A program made the translations under genes and the position numbers. Of a stretch of 64,000 nucleotides of DNA, positions 51,911 through 61,710 are shown piece by piece. Under the pieces are notes generated by a model. That model was not told where the DNA came from. It saw only the letters and a program-made list of their open reading frames with translations, and made no database searches. The stretch is from NCBI GenBank assembly GCA_963707715.1, contig CAVPRJ010000004.1, positions 3,219 to 67,218 of the forward strand. Direction: 5' to 3'. The DNA comes from an uncultured delta proteobacterium (lineage in GTDB: Bacteria > Desulfobacterota > Desulfobulbia > Desulfobulbales > Desulfocapsaceae). How positions within the stretch are numbered: position 1 is the stretch's first letter; each line of letters opens with the position of its first letter.

Positions 51911-53440
51911 GTGCTGCTTCATCACCAGTTTATCGAGGTCGCCAAACGATCGGGCGACACGCTGGCCATAGACGATTTCACCACCAAAAGAAAAATCAGC
52001 TATAGCCGGGCGCTGATCGCCTCGCTTCTGCTGGCCTCGGTGTTCAAAAAATACGACCGGGGCTTCACCGGCATCATGCTGCCAACCTCGGCCGGCTGCA
52101 TCCTGGCAAAAATCGGTGTGCTGATGAGCGGCCGCATCCCGGTGATGATCAACTATTCCACCGGTGCAGATCTCAATGCCCGATACGCCCAGCAAAAATG
52201 CGATTTCCGCACCATCATCACCTCCAGGGCCCTGCTCGAGAAAATTGAGTGCCCCTATGTGGAGGGGATGATCTACATCGAAGACATCATGGAGTCTCTG
52301 GGCCCGCTGCAGAAAGTCCGGGCCGCCTTGATCTCCAAACTGCCGGCGGCGATGATCAAATCGGTCGTGCATCGCGGCAAGGAAGATGATGTCGCCGTCA
52401 TCCTGTTCACCAGCGGCAGTGAAAAGGATCCCAAGGCGGTTCAGCTCTCCCACAAAAACATCATGGCCAACGTCCGCTCCGCCTCGGAGTGCTTCGCCTT
52501 CAACGCCGATGACATTTTTTTGTCCTCGCTGCCGTATTTCCACGTATTCGGTCTGACGGTAAACTTCTGGATTCCGATCTATCACGGGGCCTGCATCCTG
52601 ACCTATGCCAACCCACTCGAGTACCGGAAAATCTGCGAGATCGTCAGGGACCACAAGGCTACCCTGCTGGTGGGCACCCCGGCCTTTTTCTGGGGATATC
52701 TGCGTAAATCGGAAAAAGGCGACTTCGACTCCCTGCGCATCGCTTTGGTCGGCGCCGACAAATGCCCGGGATCGCTGCGGGACGCCTATCAGGAAAAGCA
52801 TGGCCAGCCGCTCTATGAAGGATACGGTGCAACCGAGTGTTCCCCGGTCATATCGTCCAACATCCCCGGGCAGAATCGTCCGGGCAGTGTCGGAAAGCCG
52901 ATTCCCGGCGTCGAGGTGCGCATTGAACATTATGAGACCGGCGAGGAGTGCGGTCCCGGCGAAGACGGCAGGATCCTGGTTAAAGGCGACAATGTGATGA
53001 AGGGCTATTTCGACGATTTCGAGCAGACCTCCCTGCATATCCGCCACGGCTGGTACGACACCGGAGATATGGGCAATCTCGACGAAGACGGTTATCTCTG
53101 GCATGTAGGGCGGATCAAGCGCTTCGTGAAGATCGGCGGGGAGATGGTCTCCCTGGTCAAAATCGAATCGGTACTTGAAAAAATCCTTCCCGAAGATGTG
53201 CACTGCTGTGTCGTGGAAATCCCCGATTCCACCAAAGGCGCCAAGATCGTAGCGGTTACCACGGCTAAAGTCGATAAGAAGCCGGTATTGAAGCAGATGA
53301 CAGAAATACTCCCCAAAATTGCACTGCCCAAGCAGTTTCTGGTCATCGAAGACCTTCCCAAAATGGGCAGCGGTAAGCTCGATTTTCGCAAAATCACCGA
53401 CCTGGTCAGGCAGATGCATGCCGATGAACGCAACGGCTGA
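51911..53440 (+). CDS. AMP-dependent acyl-CoA/acyl-ACP synthetase (Aas C-terminal-like)
   Basis: The AMP-binding motifs are 'ILFTSGSEKDPKAV', 'GYGATECSP', 'WYDTGDMG' and 'RIKRFVKIGGEMVS'. The GTG start follows GGAGGGAG. Confidence 0.8.
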   Translation: MLLHHQFIEVAKRSGDTLAIDDFTTKRKISYSRALIASLLLASVFKKYDRGFTGIMLPTSAGCILAKIGVLMSGRIPVMINYSTGADLNARYAQQKCDFRTIITSRALLEKIECPYVEGMIYIEDIMESLGPLQKVRAALISKLPAAMIKSVVHRGKEDDVAVILFTSGSEKDPKAVQLSHKNIMANVRSASECFAFNADDIFLSSLPYFHVFGLTVNFWIPIYHGACILTYANPLEYRKICEIVRDHKATLLVGTPAFFWGYLRKSEKGDFDSLRIALVGADKCPGSLRDAYQEKHGQPLYEGYGATECSPVISSNIPGQNRPGSVGKPIPGVEVRIEHYETGEECGPGEDGRILVKGDNVMKGYFDDFEQTSLHIRHGWYDTGDMGNLDEDGYLWHVGRIKRFVKIGGEMVSLVKIESVLEKILPEDVHCCVVEIPDSTKGAKIVAVTTAKVDKKPVLKQMTEILPKIALPKQFLVIEDLPKMGSGKLDFRKITDLVRQMHADERNG

Positions 53441-53458
53441 CAAAGTTGTCTAGGCGTC

Positions 53459-54265
53459 ATGGCAGAACCCGAAAAAGCAGGCCAAAATCCATGGTGGCGC
53501 TCTCCACTGATCGATTTCGTACAATTCATCTGCCTGCTGCTATTGCTCGGTTATCTGTTCTCCCGGGGTCTGGCTGATCTGGGTTATAACTGGCAATGGT
53601 ATCAGATACCGCAGTTCATTCTGCGGACAACCGACCAGGGCCTGGCGCCGGGCCCCCTGCTCTATGGCCTTGGCATTACCCTGAAAATTTCAGCGATCAG
53701 CCTGGTGCTGGCCTTCGCCATCGGTCTGCTGACCGCGCTCCTACGCCTGTCGGGCCTGCCCATGGGCAGATTTATCGCCCGCTGCTATCTCGAAGTGGTC
53801 CGCAACACCCCGCTGCTTATCCAGATCTTTTTTATCTATTTCGTCCTTGGCCCGGTGCTCGGGCTGGATCGCTTTCCGGCAGCGGTGCTGGCCCTGAGTC
53901 TGTTCGAAGGGGCCTACGCTTCGGAGATCCTCAGATCCGGCATTCTCTCGGTCGACCTGGGCCAGATCGAGGCCGCTTCAAGCCTTGGTTTGAGAAGATA
54001 CCAGATCTTCCGACTTATTATCCTGCCCCAGGCGATCCGCACCATACTCCCTCCCCTGACCTCTCAGGCCATTTCGCTGATCAAAGACTCCGCACTGGTC
54101 TCGACCATCGCCATCTACGACCTCACCATGCAGGCCCAGGCCTTGATATCAGAGACTTTTCTCACCTTCGAGATCTGGTTTACCGTTGCCATTTTGTATC
54201 TGGTGATTACAGTTACGCTGTCTTTTTTCGTGGCATTTCTGGAGAAGAGGTTCCGACGCGCCTGA
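53459..54265 (+). CDS. Polar amino-acid ABC transporter permease
   Basis: 'VVRNTPLLIQIFFIYFVL' and the EAA-like 'ASSLGLRRYQIFRLIILPQAIRTILPPLTSQAISLIKDSAL' are present. Confidence 0.85.
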   Translation: MAEPEKAGQNPWWRSPLIDFVQFICLLLLLGYLFSRGLADLGYNWQWYQIPQFILRTTDQGLAPGPLLYGLGITLKISAISLVLAFAIGLLTALLRLSGLPMGRFIARCYLEVVRNTPLLIQIFFIYFVLGPVLGLDRFPAAVLALSLFEGAYASEILRSGILSVDLGQIEAASSLGLRRYQIFRLIILPQAIRTILPPLTSQAISLIKDSALVSTIAIYDLTMQAQALISETFLTFEIWFTVAILYLVITVTLSFFVAFLEKRFRRA

Positions 54266-54332
54266 CAGGCAGCGCTGCCGTTTTTCCAGGATGAGATTGT
54301 TACCAGTTTACCTACATCAGGGGGATATGCTT

Positions 54333-55163
54333 ATGAATCGCCGAGCACAATTACTGACATTGATCATCATCGTTGGCCTGACGCTTTCGTCGGTCGCGGG
54401 CTTTGCTGCTACTCTGCAACAGCAGCTTGCCCAGGAAAGCGTGATCGAACAGATCGTTAAACGCGGTGTGCTGCGGGTCGGCATGGACACCTTTCAGCCG
54501 TGGGCGATGAAAGATAAAAACGGCACCTATATCGGCTTTGAGATCGATGTGGCCAGGCGGCTGGCCGGGGAAATGGGGGTCCAGATCGAGTTTGTACCCA
54601 CCGCCTGGTCAGGCATTATCCCGGCGCTTCTAACCGGCAAATTCGACGTCATTATAGGCGGCATGGGCATCTTGCCGAAACGGGCGCTGAAGGTCAACTT
54701 TACCCGGCCTTACGACTACTCGGGCATGTCGATCGTGGCCCACAAAGAGCGGGCAGCGGGATTTTCTTCACTGGACGACTTCAACAAAAAAGAGGTGCAA
54801 ATCGCCGTCAAGCTTGGCACCTCGGCCGTCATTGCCGCCAAAAAACATTTGCCAAATGCGACGCTGCGGATGTTCGAAAACGAGACCCAGACTTACCAGG
54901 AACTGAGAAATGGGAACGTACATGCGGTAGTCGGCTCGGCGCCGCGCCCGGCTTTTGAGGCCCTGCAGTACAGTGATTCCCTGTTCCTGCCTATTAAGGG
55001 CACCTTTACCAAGGAGCCGATCGGCTTTGCGCTGCGCAAAGGCGACCCGGATGCATTAGCCTTTTTCAATTCCTGGATCACCGGCGTCGATCAGGAAGGC
55101 TGGCTCCAGGAGCGGCATGAATACTGGTTCGAGACCCGCGACTGGGCCGATAAGCTCGAATAA
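54333..55163 (+). CDS. Polar amino-acid ABC transporter substrate-binding protein
   Basis: It has a signal peptide, 'LRVGMDTFQPWAMKDKNGTYIGFEIDVARRLA' and 'WSGIIPALLTGKFDVIIGGM'. Confidence 0.85.
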   Translation: MNRRAQLLTLIIIVGLTLSSVAGFAATLQQQLAQESVIEQIVKRGVLRVGMDTFQPWAMKDKNGTYIGFEIDVARRLAGEMGVQIEFVPTAWSGIIPALLTGKFDVIIGGMGILPKRALKVNFTRPYDYSGMSIVAHKERAAGFSSLDDFNKKEVQIAVKLGTSAVIAAKKHLPNATLRMFENETQTYQELRNGNVHAVVGSAPRPAFEALQYSDSLFLPIKGTFTKEPIGFALRKGDPDALAFFNSWITGVDQEGWLQERHEYWFETRDWADKLE

Positions 55164-55226
55164 AAGCCTAATCCGCCTTCCCATGACTCAAGACGCCGCC
55201 ATACCACCCACTCGTGAGGCGGCGCC

Positions 55227-56150
55227 TTGAGAAGCACGCACATCGACAGATCCTCATTCTGGCTGTTCGGACTCAACCTGCTGCTGCTCTTCAGCTTGCT
55301 GGGCTTTTTCGGCTTTATTGCCTACCGCCTGATCTTTGAGCTGAATTACAACTGGAACTGGTCGGTTATCGCCACCTACTTGGTTCGCTTCGATGAGCAG
55401 AGCGGCCGCTGGCTGCCGAACGTGCTGCTGAAGGGTCTTTTCACCACGATCAAGCTCAGTATCTGGGGGATGCTCGTGGCGGGTATTCTGGGGCTCATCA
55501 TCGGGGTGATCAGAACATCGAAAAGGCTCTTTTTCAAGCTCTGTTCAAGAACCTATGTGGAGCTCATCCGTAACACGCCGCCGCTGGTTCTGGTGTTTAT
55601 TTTCTATTTTTTTGTCAGCGACCAGATTCTGCCGGCCATCGGCGCCGAAACCTTCGTTCGGTCTCTTTCACCTGAGTGGACGTCGCGTCTGGCATTTGTC
55701 GCGGCTCCCCCTGAGCTGTTCATTGCCTTTTTATCCGGGGTGCTGACCATCGGTCTTTTTCAAAGCGCTTACATCACCGAAATCGTCCGGGCCGGTATCG
55801 AGGCCATTGACGACGGGCAATGGGATGCCTCACGGGCCCTGGGTTTCACCTATTTTCAGCAGCTTCGCCTGGTCATTCTCCCTCAGGCTCTGCGCTTAAT
55901 GATGCCCCCGCTGGCCAACGAGTTTATCAATACCATTAAATACTCCTCGATCGTCTCGATTATCTCGATTCAGGAACTCACCTTCCAAGGACTTCAGGTG
56001 ATGTCCTCAACCCAGGTCACCATCGAGGTTTGGCTCACCGTAACCCTGATGTACCTGGCAATCTGCCTGAGCCTGTCAATGCTGGTCCACTACCTTGAAA
56101 TCCGGCTCAACAGGTTTGATCGAACCGGCGGCATCGCGAGTTTTTCATGA
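55227..56150 (+). CDS. Polar amino-acid ABC transporter permease (second)
   Basis: 'LIRNTPPLVLVFIFYFFV' and 'ASRALGFTYFQQLRLVILPQALRLMMPPLANEFINTIKYSS' are present. The start codon is uncertain (TTG at 55227). Confidence 0.8.
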   Translation: MRSTHIDRSSFWLFGLNLLLLFSLLGFFGFIAYRLIFELNYNWNWSVIATYLVRFDEQSGRWLPNVLLKGLFTTIKLSIWGMLVAGILGLIIGVIRTSKRLFFKLCSRTYVELIRNTPPLVLVFIFYFFVSDQILPAIGAETFVRSLSPEWTSRLAFVAAPPELFIAFLSGVLTIGLFQSAYITEIVRAGIEAIDDGQWDASRALGFTYFQQLRLVILPQALRLMMPPLANEFINTIKYSSIVSIISIQELTFQGLQVMSSTQVTIEVWLTVTLMYLAICLSLSMLVHYLEIRLNRFDRTGGIASFS

Positions 56151-57493
56151 ACGCCTCGTCCCCGTTTCAGATTACCAACATCCGGCTGTTTATCGCCTTC
56201 CGGGTCTTTTTCAATGCCCGTTTCTACTATCCGGTTTTCACCATCTTATTTCTCGATTACGGCTTGAGCATCGAGCAGTTTTCGATTCTAAACACGGTCT
56301 GGGCGATTACCATTGTCTGCGCCGAAGTTCCTTCCGGCGCGCTGGCTGACCTGCTCGGCCGCAAACGGCTGCTGGTACTGACCTCGGTTCTGATGATCGT
56401 CGAGCTGAGCGTAATCGCCTTTGTCCCGGTTGCCAATATGACGCTGGTTTTCTGGGCTTTTTTGCTCAACCGGGTGCTGAGCGGCCTGGCCGAAGCGATG
56501 GCCAGTGGCGCCGATGAGGCAATCGCCTACGATTCACTGGTGGAACAGGGAGACCCAGGACACTGGCCCCGGGTGCTCAGTGTACAGATGCGGGTAAAGG
56601 CCCTGGCCGGTGTACTGTCGATGACGCTCGGGGCACTGGTCTATGATCCGGTGATTGTCAACCGGGTGCTTTCCTGGTTCGGTTTCGATATCGTTCTGAG
56701 CCAGGTGATCACCATGCGCTTTCCGATCTACCTGACCCTGGTTCTTGGCTTTCTGGCGCTGATCAGCACCCTGCGTCTGCAGGAGGAAAACGGTGCCTCG
56801 AGCGGACGGGATACCCACGTCAGTCTGGCTACTGTCTGGCAGGCAGGATTGCTCACCCTGCGGGCCGGCAGTTGGATCCTGAAAACCCCTTTTGCACTGT
56901 CGATCATCCTGTTCGGCATGCTCTACGATCATGTGCTGCGGTTGGTCATAACCCTGACCAGCCAGTATTTTCGGCTCATCTCCCTGCCCGAGGCGAGCTT
57001 TGGCGCCATCATGGCCGGGCTGTCGCTGCTGGGACTGGTTATCCCAAAGCTTGCGGAGATTATGGTCGACAGGTTCAGTCCAGCCCAGAATGCTGCCTGG
57101 ATGGGGCTGCTGGGGCTGCTGACCCTGCTGGGGCTGACCGGTTTCATCCCCTACGGCGGCGTGATTCCGATGGGGCTGGTGACGGTTGGCCTGATGCTTA
57201 CCGCCTTTTTCACCAGTCACTATCTCAATCAGGTCACCTCCTCTGACCAGCGCGCCACGGTACTCAGTTTCAAGGGGCTGGCCTTCAACCTGGCCTATGG
57301 CATCATCGGCATCCTGTTCGCCCTGCTGATCGCCCATCTGCGCGGTGATATCGGTCTGAGCCACCCGATCTGGACCGCGGAGATGATTGAAAATGAAGCC
57401 TTCCGGCGCTCATTTTACTGGATGCCGGTCTATTTTATCGTGCTGACCGCAGCCATCGGCCTCTATAGCCGCCGGATCCTGGAGAACAAATGA
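56147..57493 (+). CDS. MFS transporter
   Basis: The 448-aa protein has about 12 TM segments and 'PSGALADLLGRKRLL' (the MFS loop 2-3 motif). The start overlaps the permease stop (ATGA). Confidence 0.8.
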   Translation: MNASSPFQITNIRLFIAFRVFFNARFYYPVFTILFLDYGLSIEQFSILNTVWAITIVCAEVPSGALADLLGRKRLLVLTSVLMIVELSVIAFVPVANMTLVFWAFLLNRVLSGLAEAMASGADEAIAYDSLVEQGDPGHWPRVLSVQMRVKALAGVLSMTLGALVYDPVIVNRVLSWFGFDIVLSQVITMRFPIYLTLVLGFLALISTLRLQEENGASSGRDTHVSLATVWQAGLLTLRAGSWILKTPFALSIILFGMLYDHVLRLVITLTSQYFRLISLPEASFGAIMAGLSLLGLVIPKLAEIMVDRFSPAQNAAWMGLLGLLTLLGLTGFIPYGGVIPMGLVTVGLMLTAFFTSHYLNQVTSSDQRATVLSFKGLAFNLAYGIIGILFALLIAHLRGDIGLSHPIWTAEMIENEAFRRSFYWMPVYFIVLTAAIGLYSRRILENK

Positions 57494-58296
57494 AATCCCT
57501 GATTTTCGGCCATCGGGGCGCTGCCAGCCTGGCCCCGGAAAACAGCCTTCTGGGTATTGAAAAAGCCTACGAGATCGGAGTCGACGGGGTGGAGGTCGAC
57601 GTTCAGCTCAGCGCAGACCATGAGCTGGTATTGTTTCACGATAAAGATCTTGTTCGCACGACAAATGTGGCGCAGATCTTTCCCGATCGCCTCCATCAGC
57701 CGCTCTGCCGGTTTACGCTGGCAGAACTGCAGCACCTCGAGGCCGGGTCCTGGTTCGTTGCACACGACCCATTCGGGCAGATTCGTGCCGGCAACATCAG
57801 CGGTCCAGAACAACAGGCCATGACCGGAACCCTCATCCCTCGACTGGTAGATGTGCTTGATTTCATTATAGAAAAAAACTGGTTTATCAACCTTGAGCTA
57901 AAATCATATGACGCTCAGGGGCAGCCGTCAAAACTGGTGGAGACACTTATCACGGTTATCGATCGGCTAGGCCTGCCGGCAGACTCGGTGGCGATCTCCT
58001 CCTTCGACCACCGGCTGCTGCATGAGGTACAGTCGCGGCGCCCAGACCTTGCGGTCAATGCGCTGATCGGTTCCAACCGTCTGCTCGGCAATCGTTGGGG
58101 CTCCTTTGAATTCAAGGTCTATAACGCCAATGCTGCCCATATCGATGAAACACAGCTCCGCAGCGCCCAGGTGCACGGCTGCCGGGTCAATCTCTATACC
58201 GTCAACGATCTGGAACAAGCAGAAAAGTTCACCCGGCTCGGAGTAGCCGGACTGATAACCGATTTTCCGCAGCGTCTGGTCTTGCTCAAAACCTGA
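57490..58296 (+). CDS. Glycerophosphodiester phosphodiesterase family protein
   Basis: 'IFGHRGAASLAPENSL..GVDGVEVDVQLSADHELVLFHD' is the GDPD signature. The start overlaps the MFS stop (ATGA). Confidence 0.85.
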   Translation: MKSLIFGHRGAASLAPENSLLGIEKAYEIGVDGVEVDVQLSADHELVLFHDKDLVRTTNVAQIFPDRLHQPLCRFTLAELQHLEAGSWFVAHDPFGQIRAGNISGPEQQAMTGTLIPRLVDVLDFIIEKNWFINLELKSYDAQGQPSKLVETLITVIDRLGLPADSVAISSFDHRLLHEVQSRRPDLAVNALIGSNRLLGNRWGSFEFKVYNANAAHIDETQLRSAQVHGCRVNLYTVNDLEQAEKFTRLGVAGLITDFPQRLVLLKT

Positions 58297-58344
58297 GCCG
58301 AATACCGAATCCCACGCTGCGGCGCTGCAAGAAAAAAACTCCTG

Positions 58345-59526
58345 TCAGTCCGGCTTGAACCGACCACCGGGCCAGGACGGGGTATTGATCACCGTGCCCA
58401 GATTATAGCGCACCAGCCTGGTGCGCAGTTCGATGAGCTGCTGAATCAGTGCTGGTTCGGCCCGGGCATAGGCCTCCTCATCCGCCACCCGTTTCACCAC
58501 GATACCCAGGAGCTCGGTGATCGCGTTGCCCACTGAATTCTGGCTGATGGTCACGATCAGCCTGCCCTCATCGTCGCGGTAGATAATCTGTTTATAGGCG
58601 GGCTGCCAGCGGATTTCATTGGCAAAGGACGGGTCCTCGAGAACCTGCAGCCGGAGCATCCGTGCGGCCTGATGAAAGTCATCACTGTAGAGCAGAATAT
58701 TTTCAATCTGCTCCGGAAAAATTGCCGTGCCCGGAACCCTGCTGTCCTCGGAAGCCACCAGCGCGAAAAAGGCCCGGTAGAAATCGAGAAAACCCATCAG
58801 AATCAGGTCGTACTCCCGCCAGAACCGGCCGTCGTCCAGGGTCTGGACACCACCGATAATCTCCCAGCTCGGCAACCCCTGTGGGTACCCGGTGATCGCC
58901 AGTTTGCCCGAATCGGCCGGCAGCGGCCGCAGAACTTCGAGATCCAGCACTTTGAAAAAACGCAGATACACATCACTGAGGTAATTCAGAAACAAACCGT
59001 TGTGCCCGCTGTCGGTCAGGTTCGGGTCGTCGGCGGCGGCCTGCTCGGAGGCGGCGAGAAGCGCGGTTTCATAGACCATGAAATGGTTGTGGATCATCCG
59101 GATGCTGGGCACGCCCGGCTTGTTCAGAGGCCAGGTTGCATCCAGGCTGGCCTCACCGCAGAACACCAGATGTTCAGCCGGATCGGGATACTTTTCCAGC
59201 ATATACTGCAGCACCACCTTGGTCATTCGACTGAAGACAATATTGGCCTCGCGGCTGAGCTGGTCGCGCCGAACCGGCCGGCCCATTGGATCGAGCACCT
59301 TCTGTGAGGTGTCATAGATGATCGAGGCGTCGAACAGGTTTGAGTGGCCGATGGCCTTGCGGTACAACAAAAAGCCCAGATCGTGGCGCAGCAGGCCGTT
59401 TTCCCTGGTCAGGTGCCGAAGGTTGCAGGGAGAGTTGTAGAACTCGGTCGGGGCAACGCCTTCGGGAATTTCCAGCGGCAACTGGCGATGCGGGGTAATT
59501 ACCTGACGGGGGGCACTGGTGGTCAT
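58345..59526 (-). CDS. Hypothetical 393-aa cytoplasmic protein (possible divergent HIT/GalT-like fold)
   Basis: It is an intact ORF with normal composition and no family I recognise. It contains 'GVPSIRMIHNHFMVY', which resembles a degenerate HIT motif. Confidence 0.55.
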   Translation of the reverse strand: MTTSAPRQVITPHRQLPLEIPEGVAPTEFYNSPCNLRHLTRENGLLRHDLGFLLYRKAIGHSNLFDASIIYDTSQKVLDPMGRPVRRDQLSREANIVFSRMTKVVLQYMLEKYPDPAEHLVFCGEASLDATWPLNKPGVPSIRMIHNHFMVYETALLAASEQAAADDPNLTDSGHNGLFLNYLSDVYLRFFKVLDLEVLRPLPADSGKLAITGYPQGLPSWEIIGGVQTLDDGRFWREYDLILMGFLDFYRAFFALVASEDSRVPGTAIFPEQIENILLYSDDFHQAARMLRLQVLEDPSFANEIRWQPAYKQIIYRDDEGRLIVTISQNSVGNAITELLGIVVKRVADEEAYARAEPALIQQLIELRTRLVRYNLGTVINTPSWPGGRFKPD

Positions 59527-59981
59527 GGGCTTCTTTCTGGCTGAGATTGACTCTTATCAGCTACCTGTCTCCGAGTCTGGCTGATTCATCCATGCCGACC
59601 CGGCTGTGTTCACGGCCGGGTCGGTGATGACGGTTCATAACGGGTAAAAAAACGGCTCAACGATACCATATTTCAGGAGATCATTACCATTGGAATTTGC
59701 CGGGCATCGAGCAGCAACCGGCACCGGGATCAAGCTCAAGGTTGAAGGCTCGCGGTTCTGCAAACAGTTCCGATTTTCTGCCGACTATGCTATAGTCCCA
59801 GAAAATCGGGGCATGATCCAGTAAAAACCCCGCGCTGTATTCCGGGTAAAGGCCCTGCGGATTTGAGCCCCAGCCCCGGGGCTATTCATTCAGCCACTTA
59901 GCATTTCAGGGTGCACAAGCGCCGGTATCAACCGCGGTGGTCCCGCAGAAAACAGAAACCTGAAATACATAACGCGCGTTT

Positions 59982-61676
59982 ATGAAGTTTCTTTTCACTC
60001 AGCTCCTGTTCTTCTTTCAGCACAAGACCACCCAGCGCAATCTGGTGGTTCTTTCCAAATTTTTCGCCTTTCTGCTCCTGATCGTTTGCGTCTACTCGGT
60101 GCTCTTTCACCTGCTGATGATGTACGAGGAGCGCTACTACAGCTGGATAACCGGATTCTACTGGACGATGACCGTGATGTCCACGCTCGGCTTCGGCGAT
60201 ATCACCTTCCATACCGACCTCGGGCTGTTGTTTACGATTATGGTGCTGGTTTCGGGTATTTTGTTTCTGCTGATCATCCTGCCCTTTACCTTCATCCAGT
60301 TCTTTTACGCCCCGTGGCTCGAGGCCCAGGAGCGGGCCCGCACACCCCGGAGGCTGCCCGAGGACACTCAGGGTCATGTAATCATCACCAGCGTGGACCC
60401 GATCACCACCCGCTTGATCGAGCACCTCAACCGCCAGGGGATCAAATACTATATCGTCACCGGCGACGTCCAGCAGGCCAGCAGCCTGCAGGACAGAGGC
60501 TATAAGGTGGTGATCGGTGAAGCGGACCGGCCGGAGACCTATCGTCTTATCCAGGTGGATAAAGCCGCCCTTGTAGTAGTCACCAACGACGACCTGACCT
60601 CCACCAATATCAGCTTCACCATCAGGCAGGTGAGCAAGGATGTGCCGATCGTCACCAACGCCAACAACGAACACTCGATCGACATCCTCGAGTATTCCGG
60701 CAATATCAGTGTTTATCAGTTTATGAAGCTGCTTGGCGAATCGCTGAGCAAGCATGCCTTCGGGGTTGGTCAGGGTACCAGCATCATCGGACGCTTAGAG
60801 GATTTGCTGATCTCCGAACTGCCGGTCAGATACACCGAGCTGGAAGGCAAGACCCTGGCCGAGTCGGGGATCCGGCAGTCAACGGGGGTCACCGTGATCG
60901 GCATGATGGAGGGGGGCAAGCTCCTCGTCTCGACCCCCCAAACCGTGATCAACCCGCGCACCATCCTGATGCTGGCCGGCTCCACCAGTCAGCTCAAGGC
61001 CTTCAATGATTCCTTTACGATCAAATACGAGCAGGATCCCGACCAGCCCCAGGTGCTGATCCTGGGCGGCGGCAACGTCGGCCAGGTGGTCGCCGAGACC
61101 CTGGCCGAATACAGCATCAACTACCGGATCATCGAAAAGCGGGAAGTCAAGGCCGAAGGGCCGCACCGCAAGTTCACCACGGTCGGCGACGCGGCCGATA
61201 TCAACACCCTGAAAGCGGCCGGCATCGACACCGCCAAATCGGTAATCGTCACCACCCACAGTGACGATATGAACATCTATCTGACCTTTTACTGCAGGCA
61301 ATTGCGCCCCGATATCCAGATCATCAGCCGCTCCATCCTCGAGCGCAACGTGGCTAAGCTGCATATGGCCGGAGCAGATCACGTGATGTCCTATGCATCG
61401 CTTGGTGCGGGCACCATTTTCCAGCTGCTCAGGCCCAGCGAAGTCTCGCTCTTCACTGAGGGGTTGATGGTCATCAACCATAAGGCCAGCAACAGCCTGG
61501 CCGGCAAAACCATCATGCGTTCGGGCATCCGGGAAAAAACCGGCTTCTCCATCATTGCGATCAGACGGGAAGGTCGTCTGTTCGTCAGCCCCGATCCTGA
61601 CACCGAGATCATGGAAGCCGATGAACTGATCGTCATCGGCACCGCGGTCAACGAAGATGTTTTCAAGGAATTATAG
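59982..61676 (+). CDS. Potassium channel with two RCK (TrkA-N/TrkA-C) domains
   Basis: The pore reads 'TVMSTLGFGDITF' (TxGxGD filter). Rossmann motifs 'VLILGGGNVGQVVA' and two RCK-C-like segments follow. Confidence 0.85.
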   Translation: MKFLFTQLLFFFQHKTTQRNLVVLSKFFAFLLLIVCVYSVLFHLLMMYEERYYSWITGFYWTMTVMSTLGFGDITFHTDLGLLFTIMVLVSGILFLLIILPFTFIQFFYAPWLEAQERARTPRRLPEDTQGHVIITSVDPITTRLIEHLNRQGIKYYIVTGDVQQASSLQDRGYKVVIGEADRPETYRLIQVDKAALVVVTNDDLTSTNISFTIRQVSKDVPIVTNANNEHSIDILEYSGNISVYQFMKLLGESLSKHAFGVGQGTSIIGRLEDLLISELPVRYTELEGKTLAESGIRQSTGVTVIGMMEGGKLLVSTPQTVINPRTILMLAGSTSQLKAFNDSFTIKYEQDPDQPQVLILGGGNVGQVVAETLAEYSINYRIIEKREVKAEGPHRKFTTVGDAADINTLKAAGIDTAKSVIVTTHSDDMNIYLTFYCRQLRPDIQIISRSILERNVAKLHMAGADHVMSYASLGAGTIFQLLRPSEVSLFTEGLMVINHKASNSLAGKTIMRSGIREKTGFSIIAIRREGRLFVSPDPDTEIMEADELIVIGTAVNEDVFKEL

Positions 61677-61710
61677 AGCGAGCCTCGGGTGAAACCTTCA
61701 ACCGTTTGTT

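Noticed and set aside
51872-53443. A 523-aa stop-free ORF on the minus strand exactly antisense to the AMP-ligase gene. Similar long antisense ORFs occur at 3047-4249, 14408-15217, 26200-27177, 28347-29129, 35630-36568, 38149-39000 and 59928-60755.
   Set aside because: The sense-strand proteins carry unambiguous family motifs. The antisense translations are low-complexity (rich in R, G, A, D and H) with no motifs. Shadow ORFs like these are expected in GC-rich coding DNA.
59640-59981. A c-di-AMP (ydaO/kimA-type) riboswitch in front of the K+ channel gene.
   Set aside because: I could not find the conserved ACGGGG/CCCGA-type pseudo-symmetric motifs by eye. The idea came only from the gene context.
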